This document shows, one piece after another, positions 56,382-64,000 of a stretch of DNA of 64,000 nt (positions are counted from its first letter, which is position 1; every line of letters begins with the position of its first letter). The stretch is from Schmidtea polychroa (lineage: Eukaryota), in assembly GCA_044892525.1 (NCBI GenBank), contig CM097885.1:15006001-15070000 (forward strand), in the 5' to 3' direction. The position numbers and the translations under genes are program-made. A model generated the notes under the pieces. That model saw nothing but the letters and a program-made list of their open reading frames with translations. It was not told where the DNA came from and made no database searches.

Positions 56382-59300
56382 TTAGTCCTCATCGGACAAA
56401 ATAACGTCATCGATATCGATGTCATCTTCTCCAAAATCTTCATTTAATTCTTCCTCATCTTCTCCATCATTTTCTCCAACATTTTCTGAAACATTTTCTG
56501 CAATATTTAATTCACTTAATCTTACATGCCCATATGCAAGACTAGTATTTTTCCCCACCCAAACCCTTTTGTCATCTTTATTAGTTAGTGCTATTTTAAT
56601 ATTTTTAATTGTAAAAATTTGATGATTTTCGCTTGTTATTTTAGTCTGAGGAACCGAAAAAATCTGGTTAGTGTTATAACAATCCAGGTATGACTGATGT
56701 TTTATGTCACTACCTTTCAATGTTACACCTTTAGCCTTTTTTGTTTCCTCATCACCCAACAAGCTATAACATTTAGGTCTAAGAAAAACCCACTCCTTAT
56801 ATTTAAGACCTTTATTCTCGTCTTTGAACCTTCCAATGACTGAATCAAGGTTCTTACTATATAAGGAATGACAACTATTGTAATTGGAAGTATCCAATAA
56901 ATTATCTCGAACCATTGCAGGTAAAAGAACCTCAAGTTTACAGTTAATGACTTCGAGGAAAAAAGAATCTGTATCACCTGCAACGATATTAATTTTACAA
57001 TTAAACTCATTGCGAAATGATTCTAAATCCTTATATTGCAATTCATACATTCTAAGTTTAGATAGATCAAGTACAGATTGACCAATGTAACTCGGTCTAT
57101 CTAAACATATAGAATCTGAATTCAATAGTGCTGCAATTAAATTATCTGCTATTTTAATAGATTTTTTAAAAGTCGGTTTTGACGAATATTTAACTAATTT
57201 ACCGGCAGTTGTACAAAGACGAAGATTCATTCTTCTCTTTAAATTTTCAACTGTTTTGCCGTATAAACTGTTATTTAGCAATTTATAATAATTTTTATCT
57301 AAGCTATTTACGCTTTTTGATCTTAATTCGGTATTTGTATCTATATATTTTTTAAAAATTGGTGATTGCTTAAATCTTACACCCCTATTTACACGTGTTA
57401 CTTTAACACCAAGTTCCAAATATAATTTTAATAATCTCCAATGAATAACATAATTAGATTTTGGAAGATGAGTTAATAATAATTTTTCAACCTTAGATCC
57501 AGCAGGTTTCATTTTTTCAGCAGCTACAGGGAAATCATCCAACTTATCATGAAGCTCAGAAGGAATTACAAGATCAACTTCAAGAGTGTATCCATAAGAC
57601 AAAGATTCAAGATTTAAATTCCTACATTCATCCATTATTTTATCAAATCCATCAAGAACCCAACAAAATTCGCCACAAGGTAATGATTGACTTAAAGCCC
57701 AGCCATAAAGATTATTAATATCTATATATAGTAACTCGGTGTTCTCGTCGGTTTTTACGTAATGCTTATTCACAAAAGTAAGACCGCCTCTTATTCCACC
57801 CTCATAAAAGCTAAACATTTCGTTTTCAGTTATGAGTTCAATTGGTTCATTTAAAGACATTAATGCAGAAGACCAAGACATGCCTGGAATTCCGAAATAA
57901 TTCAATGGTTCCAATCTATTGTGAGCAATGGATTTCAACCGAAACTGATGAAAGAAATCAGCCAAAAGAAAACAATCAAGTTTTAGGTAGATCATCATAT
58001 AATCTAATAAAGTTACGCAATTAGTTTCTACCCAAATCTCCTGAGCTTTTTCATACTCAAGCTCAGTGACACCCTCCCAGATTGGTGGTAATTCATAAGT
58101 AGTTTGGAGAATATCTAAAGAAGTGGCGAAATTATAAGGGAAGATTCCTTTTTCACCTACTATAGTACCAGAAAAAGCAGAATTAGTAAAAGGCAAAGAA
58201 TTCAAAGTTTTGACTGCTTTAGCCAAAGAATCATTGACAAATTGATACGAATCAATGAATCTTAGGCTAATTTTACCTAAATGAGCAATCAAAGATATAA
58301 ATTTTTCCGTAGTTATTGGGATGCACCCTAAATTCCAATTTTTAAATTTATTTAATCCATATTTAAGTATATGGTGCATATCGTATCCCTTCAAGTTGTG
58401 AAATACGATAGGCAAAATTTTATTTATTTTTCTATTTACGTTACATGTGCTACAAGCTGCACCCAAGTATTTCCCCGTAAAATGATCGTGATCTCTAACA
58501 GGATCCACGATAGATTTCAAACAAAGATAACAAACCGATGAATTAACGAATTGTTGTTGCTCAATTTTCGTTAATTTAATCATAGGTTTCCTACCCATTT
58601 TATAATAAAAAGGAAGAACCTTATTTAATGCTATATCCTCTATAGCACTTAAAAAACTCTCGACGCAATCTAAACCTATGAACTGTTGATAAGATTTAGA
58701 TCCGTCAAAGTTATTTACTAGTAAAAGACCAGCAGATATTGGCATGTGTCGCTGAAAATGATCATTATCAGAAGGTAAAATAGCCTCAAAATCGGCATAA
58801 ACTACAAAAGGAGGAGTTACTGTTTTCGACCAGTCAGTAAACTGTAAGAATTTATTTTGAGGGAAAGTATAAAGAGTTGTTCCTAATTGATTACGTTTGC
58901 ATAATATTTCATGTTTTTCTAGTGCGTTTCTATTATTAAACCCATTCAAACACCGATGGCACCATAATGAACGTATGCGTGTAGGACAAGTAGTGTTGAT
59001 ACCACAATTCAATAACCTATTTAAATTGCTTATAGCAACGTAATGGAAATTGTTTCCTTTATTTAATAATAGTAAATTAATTACAGTTCCATTTAAAACT
59101 TTGGAACGATGTATAATGTCTAAATGTGGATGTTTTAAAACGTAATTATCTGTTAATTGTTTGTTATTGTCATAAGAAAAAACGTTAATTATTAAGCCTG
59201 GATTTTTGGCCTCGAATTTTCTAATGTCTTTTAATTTCATGGGTAAGTCCAATGGATTATATATTAACTCAGATAAATTATAACTGGATGTCCTATTTCT

Positions 59301-60229
59301 AGCATAACTACTAACCTCATCATATTTTAAAATAGCTAAAATGCTATATAAAAAACATGAATCATCGGTGTTTTTTATATTAATTAAACAATATTTATTT
59401 TTTAGATAAGTAGGTAGTTCAATGAAACTCCTACCACTTAATCTACTTAGCCTACTTATCTTTGTTATGGTGAAGTGAATTTCTGTTATTTTTTTTATGA
59501 TCCAGCTACTTCCTAACTCTGTGATATTACTTATTTTCTCGTTTAGTTCCCTAATGCCTTCGTCAAAAAATGAGGCAGTTAAAGGTTTTGCGTAATTCGA
59601 AATATTATTAACCTTTATTTCCCCATCTTTTTCAAATTCGATTGTTATTCCGAATTGAATTTTGACGGAGCCTAATTCGTTAATAATATCTCGTAATTTT
59701 ATAATTAATTGTTCAGGAAATATTATTTCCTTTATATTTAAGTCGCTAGTATTTAAACTTAATATTTGATGGGTACCCCTTAGATCTTTTTGTATTATGG
59801 GAACATTACCCCCTATTTGTATTATATTTAATCCATCCCAAGAATCAAGGGAAATATTATCTAATCCGACCTGGGATTCAACAACCAATCCATCATGGGA
59901 TTCGACAACCAATCCATCATTGGATTCCACAAAAGGCAATCCGACCTGGGATTCAAAAGAAGAAGTATCTAATTTAATTTTTTTATTTTTATTATTTTTT
60001 TCTATAGTTGAGGGTCTTTTAAAAACACTATCTTTTTTAAAATTAAACCTATCTAAATGATTTTTATGTTTATTATAAAAAACGCTATATGTTACGGGGT
60101 CACTAGTCTTACATACGGGACATATAAAATAAGTTTTATTATAATATTTTTTCGTATAATAATTCTCCATTATAGAATGGCAATTATTATCATGTTCTTT
60201 CGATGAACAATAATTTGGGTAAAGTATAC
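56382..60229 (-). CDS. polB: Protein-primed family B DNA polymerase of Polinton/adintovirus type, main exon
   Basis: ExoI VYADFE, ExoII FHNLKGYD, ExoIII YLKLD; Pol A YIDINNLYG, Pol B KLLNNSLYGK, Pol C GDTDS, plus PKCY and KAKGV; EndoVII/HNH insert CYLC...DHDHFTGKYLGAACSTCN; vOTU-like DDSCF...HY. Confidence 0.92.
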
Positions 60230-60434
60230 CTATAAAATAAAAATTTAATAAAAAAAATATAATTTAAATGAAATATTTTAGTAAATGTTTACGCAAAAAT
60301 TTGCAAATTATTATTATTTTACAAATTTTATTTACTAAAAAATAAAAATTTACTAAATTAAAAATATTAACATTTACTTAAATAAAAAATTATATTAAAT
60401 TTCCTTTAAATTATAAAAAGTAATCAATACTTAC

Positions 60435-60699
60435 ATTGTAAATTTTCATTTCGATTTATTGACACATTGACATAATTTTTTTCTTTATTCGTATTACCTA
60501 AATTATTAATTAATTAAATCAATAAATTAAAAATTATGTTTACTTTTTCTTTTCAAATTTCCTTTAATCTTAGATTTTAAATTGTCTTCATTAATATTAT
60601 CTAAATTAATTAATAAATTAAATAATAAATAAATTAAAATTTACCAAATTTCTGAATTTTTTCTCGGACATTCATAACGTTTTCTATTAAAGAATTCAT
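60435..60699 (-). CDS. polB: Three predicted small 5' exons of the pPolB gene (60699-60645, 60600-60544, 60497-60435)
   Basis: AAAAATG start; GT-AG introns of 44, 46 and 205 nt, all phase 1; the frame stays open into the main exon, giving 1340 aa. Confidence 0.7.
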
Positions 60700-61208
60700 T
60701 TTTAAAGGTTAACTATTTGTTAAATGTGACTAATGATTGATTATTGTTTATAGATTATTATTGTTTATAGATTATTATTGTTCATAGGAACAAATTCTAA
60801 CCAATCAAAATCAAGGAAGGGTAGGAAAAAATTAATTTATTTTAAAACACATTTTGACGCTAAAGTTGACTTATTTAACATTTTCATAATAATTTAATAA
60901 AAATAATGTGATGAACCCACAAAGTAATATCATTTTTCATCAAATTGCAAAACAGTAATAACGTTTTCATAAAATTGTAACAAAGTAATAACATATTTCA
61001 GATAAATTTTCAACAGTTGTAAAATATTTAAGCAAATTGTAACTAAAATAATAAAAATATTGCAACAAAGTAATAAAATAATAATGGTAATTAAGACAAA
61101 AAAATACATTATTTCGAAGACGGACAACAAATTAAAAAGAATATTGTAACTAAAATAATAAAAATATTGCAACAAAGTAATAAAATAATACAACATTTTA
61201 AACTCTAG

Positions 61209-61620
61209 ATCAATCCATTTTATAGAAAATTAAATTTTATCTATATAATATATGAATAAATATCCAAGGAAATTACGTTAACGTATAATAAATACAAATT
61301 TATCGTAAAAACATGTGTGTATTACACACAAAACAAGATACATAATTTCTAATCAATCCATTTTATAGAAAATTAAATTTTATCTATATATTATATGAAT
61401 AAAATCCTAAGAAAATTACGTTAACTGTATGAAAAATACAAATTTATCATAAAAACATGTGTGTATTACACACAACATACGAGACATAATTTTTAATCAA
61501 GCTATTTTATAGAAAATTAAATTTTATCTATATAATATATCAATAAAAATCCAAGAAAATTACGTTAACCGCGCGAAAAACTACAAATTTATTGTAAAAA
61601 CATGTGTGCATTACACACAA
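61209..61620. repeat. Three tandem ~143-bp repeats, each with a TGTGTGTATTACACACA-type palindrome
   Basis: Units start near 61209, 61351 and 61495. Confidence 0.88.
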
Positions 61621-61740
61621 AGCATCAAACTGAAATTGTAATTGCGCCATGTTGTAGAGAATTAAATTCTGCCTATACATGGTTACACTTAAATCTCGAT
61701 CAGACATGTGAAAAGAGACATAAAAGATAAAAAACAGTAG

Positions 61741-62967
61741 AGTAGTATGATGTGGGCCCGCCCGGCCAGGAGCCCGCTCGGCCACATATACCCCCTCCCC
61801 CCGTGTGTAAAATAATGTTAATAATAATATTTATATATCAGTATATAGATTTTGCACTGGGCTTTAAAATAAGTGTTTGATTAATAAATTCGGATGATGG
61901 AAACATTACTTTTGGGAAGAAAAAAAGTAGGTCACCGCTGGACCAATTAATTTAAAAAAATTACGTAATAGTTCTAAAAATATTAGGCATCGTTCTAAAA
62001 ATATTAGGCATTGATTACGTAATAGTTCTAAAAATATTAGGCATCGTTCTAAAAATATTAGGCATCGTTCTAAAAGTATGACGTAATCATTCTAAAAATA
62101 TTAGGCATCGTTCTAAAAATATTAGACATCGTTCTAAAAATATGACGTAACCATTCTAAAAATAAGAGGCATCGTTGGGTGAGTCATTGGGTGAGTCATT
62201 CTCTTTGTTAATATTAATGATGATGATACCTTCAATAGCTCATTCGAAAGGTCTTGGACTGAGCTTTAAGATGAGGTATCGTCCAATAAATTCCGTTGGT
62301 GGGAACATTAATTTTTGGGATGAAAAAAAGTGTGAGCCCTCCCGGCCACATAATTAAAATTAAATGACCTTGAAAAAATAAATGACCTTGAAAAATTAAA
62401 TGACCTTGAAAAAATAAATGACCTTGAAAAAACAAATGACCTTGAAAATAATAAATGACCTTGACCTTTTATTTAAAAATTTGACCTTGAAAATAATAAA
62501 TGACCTTGAAAAATGGTCTCGGGAAAACGTTATTAACTTTGCCGATGTTAATGATGATGATACCTTCAATATCTCATTCGAAAGGTCTTGCACTGGGCCT
62601 TAAAATGAGCTATAGATCAATAAAATCTGTTGGTGGGAACATTAATTTTTGGGACGAAAAAAAGTGTGAGCCCGCCCGGCCAATTAATAATATTTTGACA
62701 AATAATAATAATTTAACGTTGAAAAGGTGGTCATCAATTGTTAATAACATTAAAACTATTAAAGATATATAAGATACCTATAGCTCATTCGAAAGGTCTT
62801 GGACTGAGCTTTAAGATGATGTATCGTCCAATAAAATCTGATGGCGGGAACAATATTTCTTGGGATGAAAAAAAGTAGGAGTCCTCTGGACCAATTAATT
62901 AAAACAAAAAATTAAATTAAAAAAATTTTTTTTTTCTGGGGGGAGGGGGGGGAGGGGGAGGGGGTAT
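61741..62967. repeat. Composite repeat block: four ~110-140-bp units, 21-bp and 18-bp arrays, inverted C- and G-rich tracts
   Basis: Begins AGTAGTATG; units near 61850, 62214, 62548 and 62770; (CGTTCTAAAAATATTAGGCAT)n at ~61970-62175; 8 x TGACCTTGA at 62365-62509. Confidence 0.85.
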
Positions 62968-64000
62968 ATAGTGTCCAACAAAAATGGACCAACAACTAAA
63001 ACAAGTTGGCTCCTTGCAAAGATCTTGAAACCTTTATTAGACACGATACTACACCATCTTCAAAGCAGCGACTGCCTCATGACAAGACTAAATAATAACA
63101 TGATTTGTCATAGAGAATTCCAATACCCATTTAGTCTTGATGTCGTATCACTATACACATCTATCGAACCAACAGAGGCTATTCAATGTTTAGAAAAGAA
63201 ATTAAGAGAAAGCAACTTGTTAATAAAGGAAATGAATATCGAGAATATCACCAAACTACTTACTGTTATCCTCGAGAACACCTATTTTACCTTTGAACAA
63301 AATATCTATAAACAAGTTAAAGGTCTGCCTATGGGTTCTAGCATATCAGGACTGCTAGCAATCATCTTTATGGATAACCTCGAACGACAGACACTGAGGA
63401 CCATACAACCCATCGGTTTCTATGCAAGATATGTAGATGATATCTTCATCACGACCAAAAACAAAAAAGAAGCGGAGGAAATATTTCATACATTCAATGC
63501 GGCTCATCAAGATATTAAGTTCGAAATCGAATATCCGGAAGAAGATGGATCCCTCAATTTATTGGATTTGAGAATCAAAAGAGAAGAAAATACTCCAACA
63601 TACGGGTTCTACAGAAAACCAGCTCGCAAAGAAATATTTATGCACCAAAGATCAGCGCTTCCATACTTACAGAAAGTACATGTCATAAGAAACGAGAAAC
63701 GAAGAATAGCCAATCGATGCACGGAGAAAAACGAAAACTTTAAAGAGCAATCAAATTTCAATAAAATCCTACACCGAAACGGATACCAAGGTGAGGACAT
63801 TGAAAGAATGAATTCTACCCCAAGAAGATCTAGGGAATTAACACAAAAGAATCAGAAATATTTCTATCTGAATATCCCATTCATCAGTGACATACTCGAC
63901 TTCAAGATCCTGAAAGAACTTAAACGTACCGGTCTTCCAATTCGGATAGCACATAAATCTTGGACATTGAGAAGGGCTCTGGCAGGCAACATAAATAGAG
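62968..64000 (+). mobile_element. 5'-truncated Penelope-like retroelement; open RT reading frame runs off the window
   Basis: Stop-free frame of ~344 codons: IVSNKNGPT, FSLDVVSLYTSI, YKQVKGLPMGSSISGLLA, YARYVDDIF, LNLLDL, FYRKP, NGY, LNIPFISD. Confidence 0.93.

Larger units (their letters stand above)
54711..62967. mobile_element. Polinton/Maverick-like element segment (right end not in the window)
   Basis: Abrupt start AGTAGGTAGTTAGTGG, a G-run, ~1.5 kb of tandem subterminal repeats, then an intact pPolB gene. No integrase, ATPase or capsid ORF is visible. Confidence 0.75.

Noticed and set aside
61569..61730. Short Cys-rich + strand frame (IYCKNMCALH...APCCRE...)
   Set aside because: Only ~53 codons, partly inside a tandem repeat, with no family recognised.
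61209..62510. CRISPR-like appearance of regularly spaced repeats
   Set aside because: Spacers are homologous to each other, there are no cas genes, and the context is eukaryotic.
62175..62772. Short ORFs with FFQGHL or TLK repeats
   Set aside because: By-products of the 18-bp DNA array, open on both strands.

Overview
AT-rich animal genomic DNA. A triclad flatworm is inferred from the very short introns, the (TAA)n/(TA)n arrays and a KKEE-containing insert in EF-1alpha. Host genes: the 3' seven exons of a P5C dehydrogenase (ALDH4A1-like, +), a convergent EF-1alpha gene (-) and a two-exon Zic zinc-finger gene (+). They sit among decayed Ty3/gypsy, hAT, pogo/Tigger, mariner, MULE and Helitron elements, several with TIRs and TSDs still intact. 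Three things stand out. (1) Short dispersed repeats next to microsatellites carry minimal type I hammerhead ribozymes, including a C3U/G8A-swapped core with a palindromic stem III; they are often inverted pairs and look like Penelope pLTR derivatives. (2) From 54.7 kb a Polinton/Maverick-like segment encodes an intact protein-primed DNA polymerase B (vOTU-like, zinc-finger and EndoVII/HNH domains). Its N-terminus appears to come from three small upstream exons, and it is flanked by repeat arrays rich in bZIP and nuclear-receptor sites. (3) An uninterrupted, 5'-truncated Penelope-like reverse transcriptase ORF runs off the right end and is absent from the ORF track. All calls come from manual reading; no database searches were run.
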